Assembly: GCA_963743915.1 (NCBI GenBank)
Contig: CAVURN010000002.1
Location: 192,001 to 256,000 of the forward strand
Origin: an uncultured Actinomycetota bacterium
GTDB lineage: Bacteria > Actinomycetota > Actinomycetes > JAHEKZ01
DNA: 64,000 nucleotides
Reading direction: 5' to 3'
The position numbers and the translations under genes are program-made. Under the pieces are notes generated by a model. It had not been told where the DNA came from. It saw only the letters and a list, made by a program, of their open reading frames with translations, and searched no databases. The stretch's first letter is position 1. Every line of letters begins with the position of its first letter. Below, one piece after another: positions 52,321-62,586 of this stretch.

Positions 52321-53163
52321 GTGAGCTCGTCGGACAGCCACACCGCGCTGCCTGCGGCATTCCTGCGCCCAGGCAGTGCGTCGTTCACCGACTTCCTGGC
52401 CGACCACGCACCCAGTCTGCTGCCCGGGGGGAGCCACGAGCAGGGTCGCGCCGGTGACCTCGACGTCCCCCACGGGACGACGATCGTGGCGCTCACGTTC
52501 GCCGGAGGCGTCGTCATGGCCGGGGACCGTCGCGCGACGATGGGCAACATCATCGCGCAGCGCGACATCGAGAAGGTCTACCCCGCCGACGAGTACAGCG
52601 CCGTGGGGATCGCCGGCACCGCTGGTCTGGCGATCGAGCTGGTCCGTCTGCTGCAGGTCGAGCTCGAGCACTACGAGAAGATCGAAGGAACCACCCTTTC
52701 GCTCACCGGAAAGGCCAACCGGCTCGCCTCGATGATCCGCGGCAACCTCGGAATGGCCATGCAGGGCCTGGCCGTGGTCCCGCTCTTCGCCGGATACGAC
52801 CACGAGACGGCCGATGGACGGATCTTCAGCTACGACGTCACAGGTGGACGCTATGAGGAGCACTCGTTCCACGCGGTGGGCTCCGGCGGGTTCTTCGCCC
52901 GCGGGTCCCTGAAGAAGCTCTACCGCGACCAGATGGCCGAGCCGGACGCGGTGCTGGCGGCGGCGCAGGCGCTGTACGACGCGGCCGACGACGACTCGGC
53001 GACCGGCGGACCTGACCTCATGCGGGGCATCTATCCGGTGGTGGCGGTCGTGACCGCAGAAGGCTACCGCCGACTTCCCGACGACGAGGTGGGCGCCGTG
53101 GTCGCCCGTCTGGTCGCCGCACGGGCCGAGCGACCGGACGGGCCGGCCGCACCCCTGACCTGA
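52321..53163 (+). CDS. prcB: Proteasome beta subunit
   Basis: Propeptide then [24 protein letters not shown]. Confidence 0.97.
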   Translation: MSSSDSHTALPAAFLRPGSASFTDFLADHAPSLLPGGSHEQGRAGDLDVPHGTTIVALTFAGGVVMAGDRRATMGNIIAQRDIEKVYPADEYSAVGIAGTAGLAIELVRLLQVELEHYEKIEGTTLSLTGKANRLASMIRGNLGMAMQGLAVVPLFAGYDHETADGRIFSYDVTGGRYEEHSFHAVGSGGFFARGSLKKLYRDQMAEPDAVLAAAQALYDAADDDSATGGPDLMRGIYPVVAVVTAEGYRRLPDDEVGAVVARLVAARAERPDGPAAPLT

Positions 53164-53205
53164 CCATCCATCGTCCGCGCGCTGACCAGCTGAGAGGAAG
53201 CACCG

Positions 53206-53910
53206 GTGTCCGTTCCGTTCTACGTCTCGCCCGAGCAGATCATCAAGGACAAGGCGGACTACGCGCGCAAGGGCATCGCTCGCGGGCGGTCGGTGGTGGT
53301 GCTGCAGTTCCGCGACGGGATCGTCTTCGTGGCCGAGAACCCCTCGCGGGCGCTGCACAAGGTGAGCGAGATCTACGACCGCATCGCCTTCGCCGCAGTG
53401 GGCAAGTACAACGAGTTCGAGAACCTGCGCGTCGCGGGCATCCGGCTGGCCGACCTGCGCGGCTTCTCCTTCGACCGGCGTGACGTGACCGTGCGCAACC
53501 TGGCCAACGCGTACGCCCAGACGCTCGGCACCATCTTCACCGAGACCTCCAAGCCTTACGAGGTCGAGCTCGTCGTGGCCGAGGTCGGCGACGACGCGTC
53601 CGGCGACCAGATGTACCGGCTGACCTTCGACGGGTCGGTGGCCGACGAGCACGGCTTCGTCGTCATGGGTGGATCGGCGGAGGCGATCTCGGCGGTGCTC
53701 GCGGACCGCTACACGGAGGGGCTCGACCTCCGGGCGGCGATCGCGGTGGGGATCGAGGCTCTGGCCGAGGATGGCGCCGAGCCGCGCCAGCTGACCCCCC
53801 AGCAGCTCGAGGTGGCCGTGCTGGACCGCACGCGCACGCAGGCGCGTAAGTTCAAGCGACTCGCAGCCGACCGGATCGCCGAGCTGCTGGCCTCAGGCGA
53901 CGACGGGTAG
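53206..53910 (+). CDS. prcA: Proteasome alpha subunit
   Basis: [27 protein letters not shown]. Confidence 0.97.
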   Translation: MSVPFYVSPEQIIKDKADYARKGIARGRSVVVLQFRDGIVFVAENPSRALHKVSEIYDRIAFAAVGKYNEFENLRVAGIRLADLRGFSFDRRDVTVRNLANAYAQTLGTIFTETSKPYEVELVVAEVGDDASGDQMYRLTFDGSVADEHGFVVMGGSAEAISAVLADRYTEGLDLRAAIAVGIEALAEDGAEPRQLTPQQLEVAVLDRTRTQARKFKRLAADRIAELLASGDDG

Positions 53911-53913
53911 ACC

Positions 53914-55275
53914 ATGGACCGGCGCATCTTCGGCATCGAGACCGAGTACGGGGTCACCTGCACCTTCCGCGGGCAGCGCCGGCTCTCGCCCGACGAGGTC
54001 GCCCGCTACCTGTTCCGGCGCGTGGTGTCGTGGGGTCGCAGCAGCAACGTGTTTCTGCGCAACGGTGCCCGCCTCTACCTGGACGTCGGGTCGCACCCTG
54101 AGTACGCGACCCCCGAGTGCGACTCGCTGACCGAGCTCATCGCCCACGACCGGGCGGGTGAGCGGATCCTGGAGGGGCTGCTGATCGACGCCGAGCGGCG
54201 TCTGCACGAAGAGGGCATCTCCGGCGACGTCTACCTCTTCAAGAACAACACCGACTCCGCCGGCAACTCCTACGGCTGCCATGAGAACTACCTGATCTCC
54301 CGTCAGGGGGAGTTCGGCAAGGTGTCCGACGTCCTGATCCCCTTCCTCGTGACACGACAGCTGATCGTCGGGGCGGGCAAGGTGCTGCAGACGCCGCGCG
54401 GCTCGGTCTTCTGCCTCAGCCAGCGGGCCGAGCACATCTGGGAGGGCGTCTCGTCGGCAACGACGCGGTCACGTCCGATCATCAACACCCGGGACGAGCC
54501 GCACGCCGACGCCGAGAAGTACCGCCGCCTGCATGTGATCGTCGGCGACTCCAACCTCGCCCAGCCCACGACCTTGCTCAAGGTCGGCGCCACCGACCTG
54601 GTGCTGAAGATGGTCGAGAGCGGCGTCGTGCTGCGCGACCTCTCGCTGGAGAACCCCATCCGCGCCATCCGCGAGATCAGCCACGACCCCACGGGTCGAC
54701 GTCTGGTCCGCCTCGTCAACGGCCGCGAGCTCTCCGCGCTGCAGATCCAGACCGAGTACCTGGAGAAGGCCCGCGCATTCGCCGACCGACGGGGCCTCGA
54801 CGACCCGGTGACGCGACGCGTCCTCGACCTCTGGCAGCGCGTGCTGACTGCCGTGGAGACCGGGGACCTGGGTTCGGTGGGCCGTGAGATCGACTGGGTC
54901 ATCAAGTACCAGATGATCGAGCGTTACCGCGCCAAGCACGACGTCTCGCTCGGCTCGGCCCGCGTCGCGCAGCTCGACCTCGCGTACCACGACATCCGGC
55001 GCAACCGTGGCCTCTTCTCCCTGCTGGAGCGACGGGGGCTCGTCGACCAGGTGGTTCCGGAGCTCGAGACGTTCCAGGCCAAGAGCCGACCCCCCCAGAC
55101 GACGCGCGCCAGGCTGCGGGGGGAGTTCATCCGACGGGCGCAGGAGAAGCGGCGCGACTTCACCGTCGACTGGGTCCACCTCAAGCTCAACGACCAGGCG
55201 CAGCGCACGGTCCTGTGCAAGGACCCCTTCAAGGCCTTCGACGACCGGGTGGATCGCCTCATCGACTCGATGTAG
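53914..55275 (+). CDS. pafA: Pup--protein ligase
   Basis: [30 protein letters not shown]. Confidence 0.97.
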   Translation: MDRRIFGIETEYGVTCTFRGQRRLSPDEVARYLFRRVVSWGRSSNVFLRNGARLYLDVGSHPEYATPECDSLTELIAHDRAGERILEGLLIDAERRLHEEGISGDVYLFKNNTDSAGNSYGCHENYLISRQGEFGKVSDVLIPFLVTRQLIVGAGKVLQTPRGSVFCLSQRAEHIWEGVSSATTRSRPIINTRDEPHADAEKYRRLHVIVGDSNLAQPTTLLKVGATDLVLKMVESGVVLRDLSLENPIRAIREISHDPTGRRLVRLVNGRELSALQIQTEYLEKARAFADRRGLDDPVTRRVLDLWQRVLTAVETGDLGSVGREIDWVIKYQMIERYRAKHDVSLGSARVAQLDLAYHDIRRNRGLFSLLERRGLVDQVVPELETFQAKSRPPQTTRARLRGEFIRRAQEKRRDFTVDWVHLKLNDQAQRTVLCKDPFKAFDDRVDRLIDSM

Positions 55276-55474
55276 GGCCGTCCGGCCACGGATGGGTCCG
55301 GCGTGTCGTTCGATCAATGGAGGCGGTGTCACACCGCACCCACCGGGGTGGTGTGCCACCGGCATGGCGGAACCGATCTGAGCGTCCCGCCGTCTACGCT
55401 GGGGTGGAGTGTGCGGCACGTCGTCGCGCGCCCCCGAATCACCCAGCGTCACCCCCACTTCCCCGAGGAGTCCT

Positions 55475-56482
55475 GTGCCGTACCGCCGTCTTGCCGTCGC
55501 CCTCGGCCTGTCGACCGCCCTGGTGGCCGGACTGGCCGCCTGCGGGGACGACACCGAGCCAGCCGCTGCGCCGAGCCCGTCGGTGAGCAGCCCGTCGGCG
55601 TCCCCCTCCGACACCCCGACGGAGACCGAGCCCGCGGCATCCGGTGAGCTGCCCTCGGTCACCGGCGGGTTCGGCGAGCCGCCCACGGTGGAGATCCCCG
55701 AGAGCGCACCCCCGGAGCAGCTGGTGGTCAAGACCCTCGAGAAGGGTCAGGGGCCCGCTGTCGAGTCCGGCGAGATCATCGTCGTCGACTACGTCGGGAT
55801 GCGGTGGGAGGACGGTGAGACGTTCGACTCCTCGTTCGACCGTGGCTCGCCGGCAGGCTTCAGCATCGGCACCGGCTCGGTCATCCCCGGTTGGGACAGT
55901 GGTCTGGTCGGCGTCCCTGTGGGCAGCCGGGTCCTCATGGTGCTCCCCCCCGACGAGGCGTACGGCGACTCTCCGCCCGACGGGGCACCGATCCAGCCGG
56001 GTGACACGCTCGTCTTCGTCGTCGACGTCCTCGGTGCGCACGGCGCCGACGAGACCGCGAAGGGCGCGCCGGCACCGACCGAGGACGACAGCCTCCCGTA
56101 CGTCTCGATCAGCCCGCGCGAGCCCGAGGTGGCCATCCCGCCGGGACGCGAGGCTCCCTCCCGGCTCGTCGCGATGCCGGTGGTGGTCGGCAAGGGCCCC
56201 AAGGTCGAGGCGGGCCAGACCGTCGTCGTGCAGTACAAGGGTGTGCTGTGGCGCAACGGCAAGGTCTTCGACTCGTCGTGGTCCTCGGGCCAGCCCTTCG
56301 TGACCACGATCGGCACGGGTGCGGTGATCCCCGGCTGGGACAAGGGTCTGGTAGGCGAGACGGTCGGCAGCCGCGTCATGCTCGTCGTGCCGCCGAAGGA
56401 TGGCTACGGGCAGGCGGGCAGCGGCCAGATCCGCGGCACTGACACGATGGTGTTCGCCGTGGACATCCTCGGCGCCTACTGA
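55475..56482 (+). CDS. Lipoprotein with two FKBP PPIase domains
   Basis: Lipobox LAAC; two FDSS...VIPGWD.GL...GSRV repeats. Confidence 0.9.
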   Translation: MPYRRLAVALGLSTALVAGLAACGDDTEPAAAPSPSVSSPSASPSDTPTETEPAASGELPSVTGGFGEPPTVEIPESAPPEQLVVKTLEKGQGPAVESGEIIVVDYVGMRWEDGETFDSSFDRGSPAGFSIGTGSVIPGWDSGLVGVPVGSRVLMVLPPDEAYGDSPPDGAPIQPGDTLVFVVDVLGAHGADETAKGAPAPTEDDSLPYVSISPREPEVAIPPGREAPSRLVAMPVVVGKGPKVEAGQTVVVQYKGVLWRNGKVFDSSWSSGQPFVTTIGTGAVIPGWDKGLVGETVGSRVMLVVPPKDGYGQAGSGQIRGTDTMVFAVDILGAY

Positions 56483-56502
56483 CGAGACGAGGGGTCCGCG
56501 CG

Positions 56503-56865
56503 ATGACCGACAAGCCTGAGGTCGACTTTCCCGGTGGCGAGCCGCCCTCGACGCTGGTCGTCACCGACGTGACGGTCGGAGAGGGCGCCGAGGCGGCGCC
56601 CGGTGCCACGGTGAAGGTGCACTACCTCGGTGTCGAGTACGACACCGGCGAGGAGTTCGACTCCTCCTGGAGCCGGGGCGAACCGATCGACTTCCCGCTC
56701 GGACGGCTCATCAAGGGCTGGCAGGAAGGCATCCCCGGGATGAAGGTGGGGGGACGCCGTCAGCTGATCTGCCCACCGGACCTCGCCTACGGGCCGGCCG
56801 GTGGCGGCCACCGCCTGTCCGGCAAGACCCTCATCTTCGTGATCGACCTGCTCGGCGTCAGCTGA
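56503..56865 (+). CDS. FKBP-type peptidyl-prolyl isomerase
   Basis: VHYLG, FDSSW, IKGWQEG, LIFVIDL. Confidence 0.93.
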   Translation: MTDKPEVDFPGGEPPSTLVVTDVTVGEGAEAAPGATVKVHYLGVEYDTGEEFDSSWSRGEPIDFPLGRLIKGWQEGIPGMKVGGRRQLICPPDLAYGPAGGGHRLSGKTLIFVIDLLGVS

Positions 56866-57928
56866 GCGACGCCGCGTGGCGTCCGGCCGCCGCTGACGCC
56901 AGGAAGGCGGCGCGGTCCTCGTCGAGCCCGCGTCCCATCGTGGACAGCGCCACTGGCGTCGCGGCCAGGGCGTCGTCCAGACCCTCGAGCGGCAGGTGCA
57001 CCAGCCGGTGTGGGGGAGTCAGCGCACCCACCTGGGCCTCCACGCGCTCGCCGAGCGCCCCGCCGAGCAGCGGGACCGGGATGTCGGCCGGGAGCACCGC
57101 CACCCGACCGTAGGCCGTCAGGGAGTGGTGCGAGACGCCGTGGTGGCGCTCACGCGCATCGGCTTCGGAGATCCGCAGGGCAGCCACCGCCCGCCCCCGG
57201 AGCGTCACGGCGGCGTTGACTGCCTCGCCGGCTGCGACCCCGGAGAAGCCCCAGCGCGTCCCCGTCCCGAGGTTGCCCGGTCCCTGTGCGACGACGGCGA
57301 CGTCGGCGTCCAGGACGTGCCGGGCCGCAAGGAGCCCGTTGTGGACCGTCACGGCCTCCAGGTCGCCGCCGAACGCCTGCCCCACCGTCACGGTCCCGGT
57401 GAGCCAGCCGGACCGACGCAGCGCCTCCACGGTGCGGGAGAACGCGAGCGGCAGGGCACCGCCGTCGGTGGCGACGTACGCCACGGTCGCGTCGGGACGC
57501 AGCTGCCGCACCCCGGCGACGATCGCCGGGAGCGCGGAGTGCAGGTCGGCCACGACGACGGGCATGCCGTCGAGGTCCTCGGCGTCGCGGAGCGCCGCAT
57601 GGTGCGGAGAGTCCTGCTCGTCCACACCGAGCACGGTCATCTGCAGCGGCGTGTAGCGCGCCTTGACCAGATGTCCCGGACCCGCGGGGTCGGGCGGCAG
57701 CCGGCGCGGCAGTCCGGCGACCAGTGCGTAGCCGCCGGTACCGAGGTCGAGGTCGAGCGCCGTGACGTTCAGGAGCACCTCGTCGCCCACCACGGGGTCG
57801 CCCACCACATCGAGGTAGGCGAGGGCGCGGACCCGCGTCGGACCGTTCTCGACCTCGACGGTGAGCTCCTGGGCCGTGCCCCACCGGGTCCCGAGCTCCA
57901 GCACTCGTCCACTGCGCCACCGGATCAC
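56858..57928 (-). CDS. DUF3866 family protein
   Basis: LGTGGY, GHLVKARYTPLQ, DLHS, QGPGNLGTGT.WGFSG, RHHGVSHH. Confidence 0.85.
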   Translation of the reverse strand: MIRWRSGRVLELGTRWGTAQELTVEVENGPTRVRALAYLDVVGDPVVGDEVLLNVTALDLDLGTGGYALVAGLPRRLPPDPAGPGHLVKARYTPLQMTVLGVDEQDSPHHAALRDAEDLDGMPVVVADLHSALPAIVAGVRQLRPDATVAYVATDGGALPLAFSRTVEALRRSGWLTGTVTVGQAFGGDLEAVTVHNGLLAARHVLDADVAVVAQGPGNLGTGTRWGFSGVAAGEAVNAAVTLRGRAVAALRISEADARERHHGVSHHSLTAYGRVAVLPADIPVPLLGGALGERVEAQVGALTPPHRLVHLPLEGLDDALAATPVALSTMGRGLDEDRAAFLASAAAGRHAASLS

Positions 57929-57991
57929 GGCGCACACTGTACGCAGCAGGTAGCGTCTCCCGGAGGATCGACCGACCGCCGAAGAGGAGCG

Positions 57992-58954
57992 ATGGCTGCA
58001 CCGCGCACCGAACGCCTGCTGAACCTGGTGATCTGCCTGCTCGCGTCGCGGCGGTACGTCACCAAGGAGCAGATCCGCGTCGCCGTGCCCCAGTACACCG
58101 ACTGCGCCTCGGACGAGGCGTTCGAGCGGATGTTCGAGCGTGACAAGGACGACCTGCGCGACATGGGGATCCCGCTCGAGACCGGGTCGAACGACATCCT
58201 GTTCGACGACGAGCTCGGCTACCGCATCCCCAAGGACGCCTACGCCCTCCCCGAGATCACGTTCGACGCCGACGAGCTCGCCGTGCTCGGCCTGGCCACC
58301 CGCATCTGGCAGCACGCCACCCTCGCGGGTGCCGCGAGCACCGCCATCCGCAAGCTCGAGGCCGCGGGGCTCGACGTCGACCCCGAGGCACTCTCCGCCG
58401 TGGAGCCCCGGATCGACGCCGCCGAGCCCGCGTTCGGACCGCTCTGGCGTGCGGTGCACGACCGCAGAGCGGTCGAGTTCACCTACCGTCGGGGCAGCAG
58501 CAGTCCGACCGCCCGCCACCTGCATCCGTGGGGCCTGGTCTCGTGGCACGGTCGCTGGTACGTGGTCGGGCACGACCTCGACCGGGACGACACGCGCGTC
58601 TTCCGCCTCTCCCGCATCCACGGTGAGGTCGCCCTGGGTTCGACGCCGAACGCCTTCACGGTGCCGGACGACGTGGACGTCACCGCATCGGTGCAGATGC
58701 TCGCCCGGCCCGCCGCTGAGCGCACCGCCACGATCCGGGTGCGACCGGGCAGCGCCCTTCCCCTCCGCCGACGTGGACGGGTGGTGGCCGAGGACGACGC
58801 GTGGGCCACCCTGGAGGTCGGGTTCGACGACGCCGAACAGCTCGCGGCCGAGGTCTGTGGCCTCGGGTCGTCGGCTGTGGTGGACGACCCGCCCGACCTG
58901 CGCGACGCCGTGGTGCGCCGCCTCCGGTCCACGGCCGAGGTGATCGCGTCGTGA
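57992..58954 (+). CDS. pafB: HTH-WYL transcriptional activator PafB
   Basis: ERLLNLVICLL, RMFERDK.DLR, WYVVG.D..R...FRLSRI. Confidence 0.93.
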   Translation: MAAPRTERLLNLVICLLASRRYVTKEQIRVAVPQYTDCASDEAFERMFERDKDDLRDMGIPLETGSNDILFDDELGYRIPKDAYALPEITFDADELAVLGLATRIWQHATLAGAASTAIRKLEAAGLDVDPEALSAVEPRIDAAEPAFGPLWRAVHDRRAVEFTYRRGSSSPTARHLHPWGLVSWHGRWYVVGHDLDRDDTRVFRLSRIHGEVALGSTPNAFTVPDDVDVTASVQMLARPAAERTATIRVRPGSALPLRRRGRVVAEDDAWATLEVGFDDAEQLAAEVCGLGSSAVVDDPPDLRDAVVRRLRSTAEVIAS

Positions 58955-59901
58955 GCGGGGGAGCGATCGGCCAGCTGACCCGCCTGCTGGCCATGATCCC
59001 CTGGCTGCTCCAGCGCCCCGGGGTGTCGGTTGCCGACGCTGCCACCGAGTTCGGCATCTCCGAGGACCAGCTGCGGGCTGACCTCGGGCTGGTCTTCTTC
59101 TGTGGGCTCCCGGGGCACCTCCCGGACGACCTGATCGACGTCAGCCTGGACGGGGACAGCATCGTCGTCACGAACGCGGACACGATCGCGCGACCGCTGC
59201 GACTCGGACCCGACGAGGCCGTCGCGCTGATCACCGCGCTGCGTGCCCTGGCCGACATCCCCGGTCCGACCCGCCCGGAGGTCGTCGACCGGGTCATCGC
59301 CAAGCTCGAGAGCGCCGCCGGGGATGCCGCCGACTCGCACCGCAAGGTCACCGTGGCCATCGAGGGCGCCCATCAGCTGGCCGACCCGGTGCGTCGCGCG
59401 CTCGCCGAGCGGCGTCGGGTCCGGCTGCGCTACTACGTGCCCGCGCGTGACGAGGTCACCGAGCGCCAGGTCGACCCGTTGCGGCTCCTGGTCGCCGGGG
59501 GCCAGACCTACCTCGAGGGCTGGTGCCTGGCCGCCGACGACCTGCGGATCTTCCGCCTCGACCGGATCGAGTCGCTGGAGGTCCTCGACACGCCGGTGGA
59601 CGAGCGCCCCGCGCCGCCGCCGCGCGACCTGTCACAGGGCATCTTCGACCTCGCGGCGGCGCAGTGGCAGGTGCGCCTGCGGCTGAGCCCCCGCGCCCGC
59701 TGGCTGCTCGACACCTACCCGGTCACCGTGGTGTCCGAGGAGCCCGCGCTCGAGGTCTCCCTGCCGGTCGCCGACCTCGGCTGGGCCCGTCAGCTCGTCC
59801 TGCGGCTGGGCGGTGATGCCGAACCGCTCGCTCCCGCCGAGCTGGTGGACGCGGTGCGGGACGAGACGGCGCGCGCCCTGGAGGCGTACGCGGGCCACTG
59901 A
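58951..59901 (+). CDS. pafC: HTH-WYL transcriptional activator PafC
   Basis: RLLAMIPWL, CGLPG..PDDLID, YLEGWC...FRLDRI. Confidence 0.93.
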   Translation: MSGGAIGQLTRLLAMIPWLLQRPGVSVADAATEFGISEDQLRADLGLVFFCGLPGHLPDDLIDVSLDGDSIVVTNADTIARPLRLGPDEAVALITALRALADIPGPTRPEVVDRVIAKLESAAGDAADSHRKVTVAIEGAHQLADPVRRALAERRRVRLRYYVPARDEVTERQVDPLRLLVAGGQTYLEGWCLAADDLRIFRLDRIESLEVLDTPVDERPAPPPRDLSQGIFDLAAAQWQVRLRLSPRARWLLDTYPVTVVSEEPALEVSLPVADLGWARQLVLRLGGDAEPLAPAELVDAVRDETARALEAYAGH

Positions 59902-59947
59902 CAACCCCCCACTGGGCTGAACGGGTGACGCCGTGCGGCGTCCACAG

Positions 59948-59973
59948 TCAAGGTTGCGGCCTCCGATGCCGAA
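59948..59973 (+). promoter_or_regulatory. Putative sigma-28/WhiG-type promoter TCAAG-N15-GCCGAA
   Basis: TCAAG gttgcggcctccgat GCCGAA, 30 nt upstream of ATG 60004. Confidence 0.6.
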
Positions 59974-60003
59974 GCCCCTCTCACAAGAGGGGAGGTACGA
60001 GTC

Positions 60004-60333
60004 ATGACGACGATCAAGGCCTCGTGCCCGGTGTGTGGGGACGTCGAGCTGACGCCCGAGGAGATGCGGCTGGTCGTGTGCAACCGGTCGGAGTGGTCGT
60101 ACTACGCCTTCCAGTGCACGCGCTGCGCCGACGAGGTCCGCAAGCCGGCCGACTCCGAGATCGTCGCCCTGCTGAAGTCCGGCGGCGTGGCCGTCACCCC
60201 CTGGCACATCCCCGCCGAGGCCCTCGAGGAGCACAGCGGCCCGGTGATCAGCTACGACGAGATCCTCGACTTCGCCCTCTGGCTCGAGCAGCACGACGTG
60301 CTGCCCGCCTCGCTCAGCACCTCGGGCCGCTGA
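60004..60333 (+). CDS. Uncharacterised Zn-ribbon protein
   Basis: CPVC...CTRC; strong GGGGAGG RBS; GC3-biased codons. Confidence 0.8.
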   Translation: MTTIKASCPVCGDVELTPEEMRLVVCNRSEWSYYAFQCTRCADEVRKPADSEIVALLKSGGVAVTPWHIPAEALEEHSGPVISYDEILDFALWLEQHDVLPASLSTSGR

Positions 60334-60464
60334 CCTGCGGAAACCGGCCCCTCACCGGGCGATCATCCGCCACCGACGCGATCGTTACCCGGGCTGCACG
60401 CGGCACCGCCGGGGACCGCGTACCATCGTGAGGAAGACCTGACCGCAACGCCGAAGGACTCGCC

Positions 60465-60746
60465 ATGCCCAAGCTCGGAGCACCCGAGATCATCATCATC
60501 GTCCTTCTGCTGCTGCTGCTCTTCGGCGCCAAGCGGCTCCCGGACGCCGCCCGCGGCCTCGGCCGTTCCCTGCGCATCTTCAAGTCCGAGGTCAAGGCCG
60601 CGCAGGACGACGACGGCAACAGCCCCCCGCAGCAGATCCAGGCCACCTCCGACGAGGTCACGCCTTCTCCCACCCCGCCCCCGGCGCAGACGCCTCAGCC
60701 GACGACCGCCCCCCCTGCGTCGGACACCAGCCCCACCGACCGCTGA
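60465..60746 (+). CDS. tatA: Twin-arginine translocase TatA
   Basis: [25 protein letters not shown]. Confidence 0.96.
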   Translation: MPKLGAPEIIIIVLLLLLLFGAKRLPDAARGLGRSLRIFKSEVKAAQDDDGNSPPQQIQATSDEVTPSPTPPPAQTPQPTTAPPASDTSPTDR

Positions 60747-60793
60747 GAGCCGGACCTTCCGGATAGCCACGGCGCGACCATGACCAAGGCTCG

Positions 60794-61666
60794 GTGATGC
60801 GCGCCCGCTCGAAGACGCCCCGTGGCGAGGGCGCCGCGATGCCTTTGATGGCGCACCTGCGCGAGCTGCGCTCCCGGATCTTCAAGTCATTGGTGGCCAT
60901 CGCCATCGGAGCGGTCATCGGCTGGATCTACTACAAGCCCATCTTCGCCTTCCTCACCGCGCCCGTCCGGGCCGTGGTCGACGACGCCCAGGCGAACGGC
61001 CTCGACATCCGGCTGGTCCTCACCAGCGTGGCCAGCCCGTTCGTGCTGCAGCTGAAGGTCTCGTCGATGGCGGGCATCGTCCTCGCCGCGCCGGTGTGGA
61101 TCTACCAGACCTGGGCCTTCATCACACCGGGGCTGCACAAGCACGAGCGCCGCTACGCCCTCGGGTTCGTGGCTGCAGCGCTCCCGCTCTTCCTCGGCGG
61201 CGTGCTGGTCGCCATGTGGGTGCTCCCCAAGGGCATGGAGCTGCTCTTCGGGTTCACCCCGGAGGACGTCGGCAACTACCTGTCCGTCGACACGTACCTT
61301 TCGTTCCTCATCCGCACGGTGCTGGTCTTCGGGCTGGGGTTCCTGGTGCCGATCTTCATCGTCGCGCTGAACCTTGTCGGGATCCTGAGTGCCCAGGCGA
61401 TCCGGCGCACCTGGCGCTGGACGGTCCTCGGGGTCTTCCTCTTCGGTGCGATCGCCACACCGACCGGCGACCCGCTCAGCATGATGCTGCTCGCCGGACC
61501 CATGCTGCTGCTGATCCTGGGAGCGTTCGGGATCTGCCTGCTGAACGACCGCCGACGTGAGCGCCGGCGCCACGAGCTGGGCTACGACGACCTCTCCGAC
61601 GACGAGGCGGCCCCCATCGAGGCCCCGACCGCGATCGACGCGCCCAGCGACGACGACCTGCGCTGA
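60794..61666 (+). CDS. tatC: Twin-arginine translocase TatC
   Basis: MPLMAHLRELR, YQTWAFITPGL, ATPTGDP. Confidence 0.95.
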   Translation: MMRARSKTPRGEGAAMPLMAHLRELRSRIFKSLVAIAIGAVIGWIYYKPIFAFLTAPVRAVVDDAQANGLDIRLVLTSVASPFVLQLKVSSMAGIVLAAPVWIYQTWAFITPGLHKHERRYALGFVAAALPLFLGGVLVAMWVLPKGMELLFGFTPEDVGNYLSVDTYLSFLIRTVLVFGLGFLVPIFIVALNLVGILSAQAIRRTWRWTVLGVFLFGAIATPTGDPLSMMLLAGPMLLLILGAFGICLLNDRRRERRRHELGYDDLSDDEAAPIEAPTAIDAPSDDDLR

Positions 61667-61669
61667 TAC

Positions 61670-62576
61670 ATGACCGCGTCCTGGCTGGTCGCCGTCAATC
61701 CCACCTCCGGCCGCGGCCGCGGCGCCCGTTGGGGGCGCGACGCGGTCCAGCTGCTCCGTGAGCAGGGGTGTGGACGTCCGGGTCATGATCGCCGAGTCGG
61801 CCGAGCTCCTCGAGCAGCAGTGCGCCGACGCCCTGCGGGAAGGCGGCGACGGGCTGGTGGTCGTCGGGGGCGACGGCATGGCGCACCTCGGCGTCAACCT
61901 GGCGTCCGCCGCAGGGGTTCCGCTCGGCATCGTGCCCGCCGGGAGCGGGAACGACTTCGCGCGCCACCTGGAGCTTCCGCGCGGTGACGTGCGAGCGGCT
62001 GTCGACGTCGTCCTGGGCGGCACCACCCGATCGGTCGACCTCGGCCGGCTGGAGGAGTCCGGACGACGGTTCGCGTGCGTGCTGTCCACCGGGTTCGACG
62101 CGGCGGTCAACGCGCGCGCCAATCGGCTCGCGTGGCCGACCGGGCGCAGTCGGTACCACGTCGCCATGGTCGCCGAGCTCCGCGCGTTCCGGCCGACGTC
62201 GCTGGTGGTCGAGGTCGACGGCGTCCCGCACGAGCACCGGGCGATGCTCGTCGCCGTCGGCAATGCCCGCTCCTACGGCGGCGGCATGCGGATCTGTCCG
62301 GCGGCCGACCTCGGCGACGGGCAGCTCGACGTCACCGTGGTCGACGAGATCTCCGTGCTCGAGCTGCTCCGGCTCTTCCCGCGGGTCTACACCGGCCGCC
62401 ACGTCGACCATCCGCAGGCATCCGTCTACCGCGGTGCCCGGGTGACCGTCCGTCCAGAGGCGGCCGGGGGAGCCCCGACGCCTGCCTTCGCCGACGGTGA
62501 GCAGGTGTCGACCCTGCCCGTGACGGCCCTCTGCGAACCGGGCGCGCTGCAGGTACGAGTGCCGCCGCTCCCGTAG
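61670..62576 (+). CDS. Diacylglycerol/lipid kinase family protein (apparent frameshift near 61768)
   Basis: NPTSG, GGDG, PAGSGNDFA, YGGG, ADGE. Confidence 0.9.
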
Positions 62577-62586
62577 CCTGCACGGC

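Noticed and set aside
60600-60746. Pro/Thr-rich repetitive DNA in tatA (also in the FKBP linker about 55560-55640)
   Set aside because: Ordinary low-complexity protein linkers, not DNA repeat elements.
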